DNA of 64,000 bases from positions 3,844,001 to 3,908,000 of the forward strand of contig CM102290.1 in assembly GCA_046563655.1 (NCBI GenBank), given 5' to 3'. Source of the DNA: Yuukianura sp. NJ FZ-2021 (lineage: Eukaryota). The translations under genes and the position numbers were made by a program. The notes beneath the pieces were generated by a model. The model was given only the letters and a program-made list of their open reading frames with translations. It ran no database searches and was not told where the DNA came from. Positions 50,601 to 62,031 of the stretch are shown here, in pieces (within the stretch, counting starts at the first letter, position 1; every line of letters begins with the position of its first letter).

Positions 50601-53600
50601 ACTCAAGTTTACATAAACTCCGTTTACATAAAAACATAAAATTCTCTAAAAACTCTTGCCTCGATATTACAGTTTTTTTTTCTCAATGAATCTTTTTTTC
50701 GTTTCAGTAAAGTCTGAAGGGCTCATAAGTGCTTCAGGTGTTGATGTTTACGTCTTTTAGTAAATCTTCGTAAATCGTAAATAATTTACGTAAATGAGTA
50801 CTTATAAGTCCTCGAAATTACCTTTGCACTGAACGAAGGGGTCCCCCACTGGGTACTTCCCTTGACACTCACAGCGGAACCCTCCAGGAACATTTCCACA
50901 GACAGCTTGGACGCCGCAGGGGTCATTTTCACACTCGTCAACGTCAGAACACGACGCTCCCTGGGAGGCAAACCCTGGACGACAGGCGCACACTCCGTTC
51001 ATACACTCCGCATTGTTCACGCAGTCAAAGTTAGACTTGCAATTCGTGTCGACATTGACCTTGGAAAAAGTAATTTCAAGTTTTGATTTCTTTTAATTTT
51101 GAAATTTCAATTTTCATTTTTACTTGTTTGCATTGAACAGCCTTGGGATCTGTGGCGTTTGTGGAAGACACAAAACCGCGTGGGCAGACACATTCGAAGG
51201 CTCCTGGAATGTTACGACACTCGGCACCGTTGCTACATGCACTCTCACCTTGACTGCACTCATCTACGTCTGTGTACATAGTATTATACTGATTATTTGT
51301 AATAATTATATATTAATTAAATAAATTATATTAATCAAAATACCTTGACATCCGTTTGGTTTTGTGGGATTTCCGCTGTAGCCGGGATTGCAGAGACAAG
51401 TGTAACCACCACCAACTTTTTGTTGACAAGTTGCCAAGTCTCCACAAGGACTGCTCAGGCACTCATCAATGTCTGGACAAATTTAAAAAAAAAAAATGTT
51501 GATGTGTGAAAAAACATGTTGCTGCTTTTTTGAAAATTTTGAATTTTACCTCGACACTCTACTTTTCCATCCCCTTCAAATCCTGGAAGGCAACGACATG
51601 CGTAGTGGCCCGGTAAGTTCCAACATTCTGCATTCTCAACGCAAGTGGACCGATAAGACGGAATTTTACATTCGTCAATGTCTGTTTTATAAAATTTCGA
51701 AAATTTAACACACAAAAACCCTAAGGTTTCAAATTTTTTGAATGTTGTGACCTCTGACCTTTGCATCGAAATCCATCTCCTTCATAGCCGCTGTAGCAGG
51801 AGCACAAAAACCCTCCCAGTGTATTTGTACATTGTGCAAAAATATCACATGGACGAAATTTGCACTCATTCTCGTCAGGCATTTCACACCCTTCAAGAAC
51901 ATTCAAAAATTTAACCCACACTTTTTAAACTGTAATTTTTTTTTTCAAATTCAAAATTTTGAAAACCTTTTCCCCCGAATCCATCGTTGCAGTGACATTG
52001 AGAACTTAGACAAGCTCCATTTTCACACTTCCGCCCAGTCTTTTCAGTACAGTCATCTTCAAAAGTTAAAGACATTATTATAAATTAAGGATTTCAATTA
52101 GCCTTAAAGTTTTGAAGGTCAAGGACAAACAATTTGCACGAAACAGTGACATTAGAAATAGAAAAACGTTGAATGCTAAAGTGATTTTGTTTGATTCAAA
52201 ACGTGCAAACAAGTTGCGCAATCCAAAGGATTGGACGATTTTGAAGGTGTTAGATATTAAATGGTTAACCTTCAACGAAGATGATCCAAATAGTTACATA
52301 TAAGAAAAAATTAAATTAAGTAAGAAATAAAACAAATAATCAAAGTGATGGAAGGATTTGCAATTTTTAAATTTTGGCGCGCGGATTAAAAACCAAATTT
52401 TGACTCGAATCTACCAAAGGTTCATTAGCTAACGACTACTAATCATGCGCATCAAAAGCCTCAAATTTCCTTTGTCGAATGTCCATAACTAACCTTTCTA
52501 TTTCGAATTTCAACTTTTTTTTTTTTTTGAAAAACGTGATTTGATGAAATTTTGCAATTTTTTGTCCAGACAAACCGCCGTGTTTCCTAAATTGTAAAAA
52601 CTTATTTAATAAGAAATGAAATTCAAAAGTTAGAACTCAATTGGAGCCAATTTGCTTGAATTTAAAAGTTTATCAAACTTTCTTTCGTATGATGTTTCTA
52701 TTTTCAATTTCAAAACTGTTTTTTTTTTCGAACTTTATACCAAAATCGTGATTTGATGAAATTTTCTACAAAATTTTCCTAAAAACTTCCTTTTCTTGTC
52801 GAGTCGAATGAAATTCTGTTCACTTTCGTTATGTATACGGATTAATCGAAAATCGTGATTTACGCAAGATCTAAAACACACCTATTGCCTAACAGAAGGA
52901 TGAAACCCAAAAAAAAAAAAAGGCAGAAGCAATTTTCATTTAAAAAATGAATAGGAAAACAGTTAAGTTTAGCCCATCTCTATTTTAGCGTTAAAATATT
53001 TCAAATTAAGTTATGATTTATTACCGTAAAACATTCCCATTTCCATTTTTCTCAGCTTCTTTCATCAAAATGGCATTGAGAAAATTATTTCATTACTTTT
53101 CCAAATTGCTTTGCTGTTAACGAAAAACGTTAAGTCACATGTGTGAATCCTCACGTTTTTCATCTAAATTTACTGATCACTTTTCTTCGCCTTATGAAGC
53201 ATGCAATTGAAAATTTCGAAATTGAGTACAAAACCAAAACTTGAAAAAAAAACGAGTAAATTTTTGTTTTCTGTCGTTTGTAAAACTGCGATTAAAATTT
53301 TTATCAAAAACGTCAAAATAGACAAAACATAAATTGAAATTTCGGTTTTCAAAAACTGAAAAAAGGTATTGTGTCTTACCGCTACATTTCAAATCTTCGT
53401 GGAGTTCGTCTGAACCAAGGAAGCACTGTGGTGAACCGTCGCAGAGTTTGGAGAGTTCAAAGACCTTCAGAACGTCCACGGACTCATTCACTTGACATCC
53501 GAAAAAGCCGTCTTCCAAATTCAAAAAGAAAACTTCCCGCTTCAGCCCCCCAGCCCCCTTGGACCCACTTGTGACCTGGATTCAGTGCCAAGGTCAAACG

Positions 53601-53828
53601 AGGTTCAAACGTTAATTCAAAATTAGAAACAGTAATGTGCTCAGAAGCGGAAGGTCAACGACCTTCTTAGTCCTCTCTACGCATTCTAATTCTCATCAAT
53701 TAGCACGTAAGTGGTTACGTAAACCATAACAGGATTTATGGTTTTTTGCTTACCGTAAGACTATGGAGGAGGATTGTAATCCAAATGGTCCAGCAAAGTC
53801 TTTTTGACGATTCATTCCATGGTACAAC
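35675..53828 (-). CDS. dpy: dumpy-family apical ECM protein (signal peptide, Ca-EGF and DPY modules, ZP domain, furin site, TM); ~40+ exons, roughly 3800-3900 aa; start codon unresolved
   Basis: N-terminal [35 protein letters not shown] and [21 protein letters not shown] match recalled Drosophila Dumpy. Many EGF/DPY Cys modules. ZP region [22 protein letters not shown]...[15 protein letters not shown], a TM segment and tail [13 protein letters not shown]. Could be a paralog rather than the ortholog. Confidence 0.88.
40262..40862 (+). mobile_element. Helentron/DINE-like non-autonomous repeat enclosing a minisatellite, in a dumpy intron
   Basis: ATTAGG(T/C)CTCTAT..TCCGTTCCCGAGATA..TTTCAAAATTT occurs on both sides of the array (~40375-40425 and ~40815-40862). 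Homologous copies at 58460-58887. The class is inferred from motif resemblance. Confidence 0.55.
40451..40736. repeat. 11-bp minisatellite (AAACTGCGCAY)n, ~26 units
   Basis: Directly visible tandem array; it accounts for the three repetitive ORFs listed here. Confidence 0.97.
43754..43766. promoter_or_regulatory. Perfect IR1 nuclear-receptor palindrome AGGTCA-g-TGACCT (EcR/USP-type element)
   Basis: Lies a few nt inside a dumpy intron donor, with an extra AGGTCA at 43746-43751. Confidence 0.5.
47068..47309. mobile_element. MITE, family B, left end decayed (dumpy intron)
   Basis: 28/29 inverted repeat ATTTTCTTTAACAGGTTGAGTA(A/C)TACCTC at 47085-47113 and 47255-47283. The right end ..GTTGTCAAGGAACCTTG matches the family terminus. 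Confidence 0.75.
48383..48614. mobile_element. MITE, family B (dumpy intron)
   Basis: ~50-bp TIRs CAAG(A/G)TTC...AACAGGTTAGGCAA. Flanks ATTTTAAC / GTTTTAAC form a 7/8 match 8-bp TSD. Confidence 0.82.
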
Positions 53829-56800
53829 TTCCAAAAAAAATATTTCAAAAAATTAAAATACGAATTTTCACCCTTTGATTAACAAAGGAAGCGCCTTATT
53901 TTGAAGTTTCCTTTTTTGGTTTTAGAGTGATACTTGACAAAATTTTAAAAAAATTTGCAGCATCACACAATTGTAATTACACAGATTAAGTTTTTCTCAA
54001 AGTATTTTTTTGTATAGTAAACTACTTGAAAATTATGAACTCCCATCTTGAGTCTGCCTCTGTTCTTGTTGAAAAACTTTAAAAAGAAGATGAAATTTCG
54101 GAAAAAACGCAACCGTCCATAAAGTCTAATCTCATAAAATAGTCATTGGTAATGCTCATGCCCATAGGCCCCCTTCTAAACAAAACAACAATAGGATGAG
54201 CACTGACCAATCATAGTAATTTGCATTTTCTTGTTCGAAGGGAGAGCAACTGCAAATTGCAATTTTGAATTTGAGTAATTTGAAGTTCGCCAATTTTGAA
54301 TTAATTACTGGCACAACTTTTGCTCTGTCTTGCTTACAGCGAATGAACAAGGATTAATGATGGATGATGTACGGAGAGCTTCGGGTAACATAAAAACAGG
54401 AACAGGATTAGAACAACATGCAATTTAGTCAACAAACAACTTGCTCAACAATCAATCCGTCCAAACAACTCCAAACTTTTATGTACAAAAAGATTAGTAT
54501 CAAATTTTCAAATTCTCGGAAATTTCGTTGCCTATTGCAATCGATACGAAACAAGTTTTTTCCATTTGAAGTAAAATTTGAACTTTTCTGAATTCAATAT
54601 TAATTCAATCTGTTTAAAAAGTAGTTTAGGAGAAACTTTTTTTTTTTCAAAATGAAGTTTTTGAAGAAGAAATGAATTGGAGTTACGCTTTTTTTTTTAA
54701 TTTTCCGACAATTTCAGACTTGTAATACATTCCGTACACAAATTCGTCTTGACTGGTAAATCAAGTTTTGAATTTTTGACTTTTTTTGCAGTTTGCATTT
54801 TTGGTTTGTTTGTGTAGAAAATGAAAGGAGAAAGGAATCTTTACACCTAAAAACGCAACGAAGCCCAAAGCAAAAAGCAAAAAAAAAAGTTAGAAAAAAC
54901 GATTTTAACCAAAATTAACTTTCGATTTTTCAAAAAATCGACACAGACATTAACCACTGGTTTTTTTCGTTTGCAAAAAAAAAATGTGTATTTTTTCCCG
55001 AAAATTTTTGACAATGAAAAACGTTACTCCTCCCTTGGGAAAACTTGTGTTAAAGGAAATGCTCAAATGTTTTTTTCTTCTTTCATTTTGTTTTGCTTCC
55101 TACGTTGCATTTCTTTTACCCAAGTTTATTTTATGGTACATTACAAGCTTCAGTGCATTCTCATTCCGTTTTTTTTTGTTCATCTCCAAATTTTTTCAAG
55201 ATTGTGCACAAGCAAATTCAGTGCACGGCGGCTGAGAAAAAGGCATTTTTTATGTTCAACATACCTAAGTTTTTAAGATCCAAAAGTGAATTTCAATTTT
55301 ACAATTATTTCCGGACTTTTGGACTTTATGAGTTTGAAAAAATTAAATTTGGGATGAGAGGCGTGCAGAACGTTTTCGGATTTTTGAATTTCAAATTGTA
55401 GCGCCGTCAAAGAAATTTACGTCGTCGCTCTCCGGGGAGGAAAAAACGAAATTCAATTATCATTTTTTACATATTAGTAATTTGCCACTTCCAAAAAAAT
55501 TGTTAAAAACACATTTCGAAAAGTACATTTTTTATCCTGAATTTTGGAGCGCGGGGGGATTGTAATATTTTAATGGTAAATTCCACTTCAAAAATGCAGG
55601 GATTTTGTTTGTCCATTAGCACTTAAGTGTCTAACAATCTAAGTGACGACAAAAATCTACTGTGTGTTTTTTTTAACTCATAAACCGTAAATGTAAATTT
55701 TTGAATTCCGAAGCTCCATGTTGAAAAGTCAAAATATGAAAGTATTATACAAACAGGTCCATCAATTACTGTTAAAGTCACTTTCATTGTTTCATTGTTA
55801 AGTTTTAAGAGTTGACTTTGCAATTCCGGAAGAGAGTTGACAACAAATGTCTTTGTTGTTTTTTTCTTTTTCAGCTATGAATTTATACTATGATAAAATA
55901 TTATTTTATATGATATTTTTAAACATGACATTTATAATTGTGTTTGATAAAGGAATGCGTGAGGATAAGAGAAGAAGATGACAATTCGGACACCAAAGGA
56001 TCCCAAAAGAACAACAACCCCAGAAAATACTTTTTCGAAGAGCTCACAGCGCAGTCTCCCAGGATGTGAATAACCTTTTGACAATTATTTAGCATAGTTT
56101 CAACAAAAAAGAAAGCCCCACCGACGTTTCATGGTGGGTCGAACCCACCTTGCGGGCCCACCACAAAATTGGTAAATTACTTTCCTCGGGGCTGGAAATT
56201 TTACAAACTTGTTCCATATTTTTGGTTCGAATTTGAGCATTTTCATATAATTCTATTGAAATTGGGCAACAAAAAATGTAAAAAAAAAACCAAACTTTAA
56301 AAAAAAGTCTTTTATAAAAATTGTGTAATTTTTTTTTTACCCAAAGCGCTCCGTCGTCCCATTTTTTTTTCTTACAACTTTAGTCACTGATCCATGTAAC
56401 GAAGCACACGTCGCTAAAAATTGTTCACTTGTTGCAAAAATTGGAAAAATGCGGAACAAAATTCCTGACTGATGCACACAAATTGCACAACTTTTGTTTT
56501 TGTGCCAAGCTCAATTTTGTGTGACCTTTGGTGACCTTCACACTTAAGAAAACTTTACTATTCCGGATGTATCGGCTTTTTTAAAGTCCTCATGGTTTTA
56601 AATTCAAAAGTTGGAAATCTTTGTTTTTTTTTGTAGAATCTGAGAAATTTTAGCACTTAACGCATTTATGCTCCTGTGACACTTGACAAGTTTTTGACAA
56701 ATTTGAGTAGGGAAACAATTGTGTTGGAATTTGGTTTTAAAAACAAAAAATAGCACTGATCACAATGGAACGGAAGTTCACTTTCAGTTGTCTTCGTCCT

Positions 56801-58459
56801 TCTTGATTCTTCGAGCAGAGAGGAACGACTTTGAAAGATGCCCAAAAAAATTGAACCTTTCCGTAGTGTACAGACTGCGTTGACTTTGGAGTTAAGGTGG
56901 TGTTCAACCTAACAAAAATTGTTAAGATTTGTAATGCTTTTTGCTTTGGAAATTGGTCGGAGCATCTTCTGTGATGGAAGTTCTTAAGGTGGATCTGCCA
57001 GCAGCTCATCTGCTGAGCCTTCTTACTTCTTCTTCAGAACTAACTTTTTAAATCTTGATTTCCTCTTGTCTTGAGGATGTAATGGAAGTAAAATGTTCAG
57101 ATGAAATGGGATTTGAGACAACAATAGGATGGGTGGATACGTTCATCGGGCGAGAGTGCCAGGGTGCAGGAGTACCGTGGTGGACCGGGGATCTCAACAA
57201 TTTCAAAAAAGATCGGGGTTTAACCGGTTCAAAATTTCCCTCCGCAACATTAATTTTTACCCAGAATATTTAGAAAAAAAAACAATTTTTTTTTTATTAA
57301 TTTGGAATTTGCCTGTTCGGGGCACAATTCCAGTTTTCATTGCAGCATATCTACCCGAACAAAAATTTATGTAGTTAAAAAAAAATCAAGTTTTTCAAAA
57401 TTTTTGTTAAAAAATGCTGACAATTTAAAATTGTTTTTACAATTAAAGGTACAGTTGAGTTCTACGTTAGTTTTTCCCCGCCTTTATGGTGACCCGGGTA
57501 GGATCGGCGGGAAAAAAGTGGAGTTGTGAAACCCTGCTGGACAGAACGAGGGAGAGGGTGCAACGAATTCATTTCTCACAAAAGTCTATTCCTAATTGCA
57601 GGTGAACATTTTTTAAAAACAAGAATTTTTTTAATGTATTTGTTACATAAACTTTAAAAAAAGTGAATATAGAATTATATGCCTAAGGGCTACTGCCTCC
57701 CTGACACCAAAGTTTATACAAAATCCAAGTTACCGTAAAAGGGCTCATGGCCCTTCCTGTCCAACTTTCTATTGTTACCCGTAAAACCGCTTTTTTTCAA
57801 AATCCTCTGTATAAGGCGAATCCTCTTCTCTTCTTAATAAAACAATCCATTCTCCCATTGTTGTCTTTATCTTTTGTATTGTTGCATAAGGAGTACCGGT
57901 GGAAGTCTGGCAGGACGAAGACTTTTCCTAAGTTAGTTGCAGAAACCATTTTAGTGTAGTACTCGGGCTTCTTTTTTTATGCAATATTCCATTGTTGTAA
58001 TGTTTGTATGGATTGGTGGGTGGGGAGACTATACATTGGTAGTAGTGGGGCATACGGGGGATGGGGGTGGTGTTGTTTTGTTGTTAAAGAAAAACCGGAC
58101 TTGAACGCCAGCCACGACGGCCATTGGCACAAACGCGGTGTCTTCATCCCTAACTGCTTTCCTTGGCTACTGCCAAATGCCACGAAAGACTTGGAAGATT
58201 CTTTACAAGATTAACATCGTCTTTGAATACTTCTTCTGGCACTGCAAACAGTATTAAGTCAGCATTACTTTCCATGTACTTGGCCTCAACAATACCGTAA
58301 ATCTCCGCGTATAAACCCAACAACAGCATTCAAAAATGTAACAAATATCTTCCAAAAAACTTGGTCACACTGGGTAACCTAACGTGTAGGCAGAACAAAC
58401 CAACTTCGAACGTTTACAACAAAAAGAATTTAACGTTTTTTATGAAACATCCTTTCCAC

Positions 58460-58887
58460 CCAAAACCGAACATCAAGTTTTTCGTCACATTTAAAAAAAA
58501 TCGATGGACTTATAGCCCATGGTATTTTCAAAATTTGGTGAAAATCTGAGGGTACCTTTTGAAAATTTCTAAAAATAGTTCATATTTTTGTAAATTCAGG
58601 TTTACCTTTCTATCGCTTTCCATTCCTGAGATATTTTTCAAAATTTTAATTTAATTTTCAAAAACTTTAAAAATTACCTCTCTATCGCTTTCCATTCCCG
58701 AGATATGAATTTTTAAAGTGTTTGAAAATTAAAATAAAATTTTGAAAAATATCTCAGGAACGGAAAGGGATAGAGGCCTAATTTCTTCGCGAAAAACTTT
58801 CAATAAATATGAAGAATTTTTACAAATTTTAAAAACTCCAAAATCGAAGATGAAGTTTTTCGTCAAATTTTGAAAAAAAAAACTATG
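58460..58887. repeat. Cluster of direct and inverted copies of the ~160-bp repeat seen at 40262-40428
   Basis: The reverse complement of 58730-58887 aligns by eye with 40274-40428. TCTATCGCTTTCCATTCC(T/C)GAGATAT occurs twice in direct orientation (~58609, ~58681). Confidence 0.75.
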
Positions 58888-60735
58888 CAGCAGTGCAAAA
58901 AGCAAGAAACAACGTGAAAATAGGAACAAATGGAAAAGCATACGAGTGCATGCGTTTGGTTCACAGGTGAAAGGTGTGTAGCACGTTTGGAGTGTGCGGT
59001 GTGTGGGCTCTCCGTGGGCGTTTACGGTGCGGGACCTAACGTTAATTTGGTAGGTTTGCGTAGAATTGGCAAAGTATTCCACATTCCATGGGGAAAAGGA
59101 ACGGATGAGCGAAGAATGACTTTCCCACACGTACAGTTACTTTATTCCTCAACATCCGCATCTTCTATCTAACCATCATCTTCTTCCTCCTCAAAAAACA
59201 AAGGCACTTTGCTACCCCAGGGGGGAACGGGGAATTAAAACAGGAAATTAAACCACACACACAGTCCACATTCAATCAAAGTCCCACCTCCAATTAAACA
59301 TTCGGAGCAACCAAAATTCCACAGTCCACAAATTGACCAGTATTGCATGTTCCAAGAACTTTACAACAACTTACAAGAACTTCGACAAACTAATAAGTAC
59401 TTCCCAACCAATCATTTGAGGGGCAGGGATTTCGATCAATCCATGGATTTTGACCTTTGTTCTTATTCAAAATACCAACGAGAGGTCACAGATCTGTGTT
59501 CAAGAGGTCATGGATTCACTAATTTGCATTCTTACATCGAAAAGTGTACACTTTTACATCGAGTGGTTCATGGGCTTGGCCCTGATTCATTTTCCAAGAG
59601 ATCAGAGGCCAAAAATATATTTTTTCCTGTGTACAAAGTTGAATGAAACATTGAAAAGGTTAGGGACGCACCTTAACTTTTTAGATTTAAATTAAAACTT
59701 GAAACTTGCAAGTAATTACACCACACAATTTCTCGTGTTCATCATCCACTGCTTATTTTAGGTCACTCACGAACCTAACCAATGTTTCATCAAACACATT
59801 CATCTCAAGAACAAAAGAATAATTATAATTTAAGTACAAACTTATGCATTATACAATATTTTTGTACATGAACATTTTTCATGTAAAGGTAAGCAGTAAA
59901 TCTTGGAAATACTCAATTCTACACCTTGTTATTACCCAAAATCAATTGAAATTGACACTTCACAATAAAGAGTGTCACGTCCCTCATCAATTTAATTACA
60001 AAAACAACTAATCAACTGAAGCATTAAGGTGTAACTTTTCAAGGCGTTTTACAAAGATACGACGGTCAATACAACGTAATTGACCTTCTAATTAAGACAA
60101 GGTTCAGGATGGAGTAAAATTAATTACCAATACAATTGTTTTGTTGTTAATACATGAAAAGTTTACATTTTTGTTACTAATTAACACGTGTTATCTCATT
60201 ACCGCCATTTAAATGTTATATAAAACCGAATTACCGCCACAAATTATATATGAATCTTGGAACAATACGGAATTTTTGCCTCGGTATTGTTTCTGAAATT
60301 ATGGAGAGCAAATGGTTCTTAAAATTTTAGTCTCTCCATTACTGAATTATACCTATGGATTATGATTAAGTTCAATTTAAAGTAATACTAGTCGAAGGAT
60401 TAAGGTCATGTGCATGGTAATAGACAGTTAAAAGTTTGTATTTAATTAGTAATTAAAGGTACTAATAATCAAAGAATATTGGAATTAGATTTTGTGAAAC
60501 GTGGCTTTAGGAGAGAGGAGACGCCAGCGGCCTATTGCACCAAACATTTTAAACCGCGCCAAATTCAAAATGAATTTGAAATTGATAAGATGAGTATTTT
60601 AATTGTTTTATTTTATGTGTTCCAAATTGTCAGTTTCTAGACTGACAGACGACGACACCCATAATAACTTTGAAATTATTCAAAGAAAAAAGCATCCACA
60701 TGACCTGCCCCTGCGGCAGGCCCATATCTCTTTAG

Positions 60736-61304
60736 TGGAAATTATTATAGCTTTCTCCCATAGTTAACTATGGGACTTTCTCCCTATTTTCAGTTTACGT
60801 GATACCATAGAGCCGAAGTGATGCTAAATCGCATATGGGCATCAAAAGTAATTTCTAAATTATAAAATTTTAATTTTAACTAACCTTTAATTGTTAGAAG
60901 CATCAGGAATTTGTGCTGCTGGAAAATTGCTACATAATTTGCAGCGAACGACTGGAATTTAAAATAAAACATACCTCAAACGATTACAGATTACATAGAA
61001 TACGATTACAAGTTATTAAATCTGTAATCGTAATCGAAATAAATTAATTCCATTTTGTTAGTACTAGTTAATTATTAAATTAATTTTAACTAATTATTAA
61101 TTCGGATTAATTATTAAGTTTTATTATTCACAAAACTAATGTGAATTAATTTTTAACTAATTAGCCGTCAATTTATGTAATTTAGAAAATATTTCTGATG
61201 CCCATATGCGATTTAGCATTGCTTCGGCTCTGTGGTATCATGGAAAGCCAAAATATGGTGAAAGTCCCATTGTTAACTATTGGAGAAAGCCATAGTTATC
61301 TCCA
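60736..61304. mobile_element. Long-TIR MITE / foldback element (~570 bp, ~130-bp arms)
   Basis: Arms 60736-60870 and 61170-61304 are inverted copies (shared core AGAGCCGAAG..ATGCTAAATCGCATATGGGCATCA). AT-rich centre, no TSD seen. Confidence 0.85.
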
Positions 61305-61368
61305 AATGGACACCCATAAGGATCGAATGGAAGTTAAATCTTATTTCTAGGATTTCATTTCAATTTTT

Positions 61369-61904
61369 GGTTGAAGTAAACTTGGGCGGCCAGACTGTCC
61401 CCACCCGTTCAAATTTTCGCGCTGCTTCAATTGTACCCACCCAGTGTCCCCACCGGATGGATACATTTGTCCCCACCACAACCAAAAGCAGTACGTCCAC
61501 CTAGCGGCAATACAGTAACCTCTGAATTCAAGCTGGCAACGTTCCCTTCCTTTTTGATTTGATAAATCCTGTTATATTTTCCCGCGCCGAAGGCGCGGCG
61601 TTAGGTTTGGTTAAGCAAGCAATCGTGATTACGTCTGTAGCTTTGGCTGACTGAGTTTCGCTATATTGATTCCATGTGCCATTGGTGGGTACAATGGAGC
61701 AATGATACAACGTTGCCAGCTCGAATTCGCTAGTTCCATTTCAACCGCTAGGGGGACTCGGTGTCAGGCTGGTGGGTACAGATTTGTCCCCACCAAGTGG
61801 AGACATTTGTCCCCACCAGGTGGGGACAATGGGTGGGGACAATTGAAGCAGCGCGAAAATTTGAACGGGTGGGGACAGTCTGGCCGCTCAAGTTTACTTC
61901 GACC
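61369..61904. mobile_element. Young MITE with ~105-bp TIRs and perfect 8-bp TSD
   Basis: TIR GGT(T/C)GAAGTAAACTTG(G/A)GCGGCCAGACTGTCCCCACCCG...; TSD CAATTTTT at 61361-61368 and 61905-61912; internal TGTCCCCACC sub-repeats. Confidence 0.92.
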
Positions 61905-62031
61905 CAATTTTTCAATTTAAGTTTACAGACCTTCAATTCATAAAAAGCCTGTTGAGTGAGCTTCGAAGGAGGCGACATTGCAATAATCGAATTGATTATC
62001 ATTCAAGTGACAATTAATTGGAAGCCTCAAG

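Noticed and set aside
50520..50800. TTTACGTAAA/TTTACATAAA-rich intron segment as a MITE
   Set aside because: Sub-repeats are present but I could not define matching termini or a TSD.
60703..60720. CCTGCC..GGCAGG hairpin resembling the retroelement 3' UTR hairpin
   Set aside because: Only a 6-7-bp stem is shared and the flanks show no homology.
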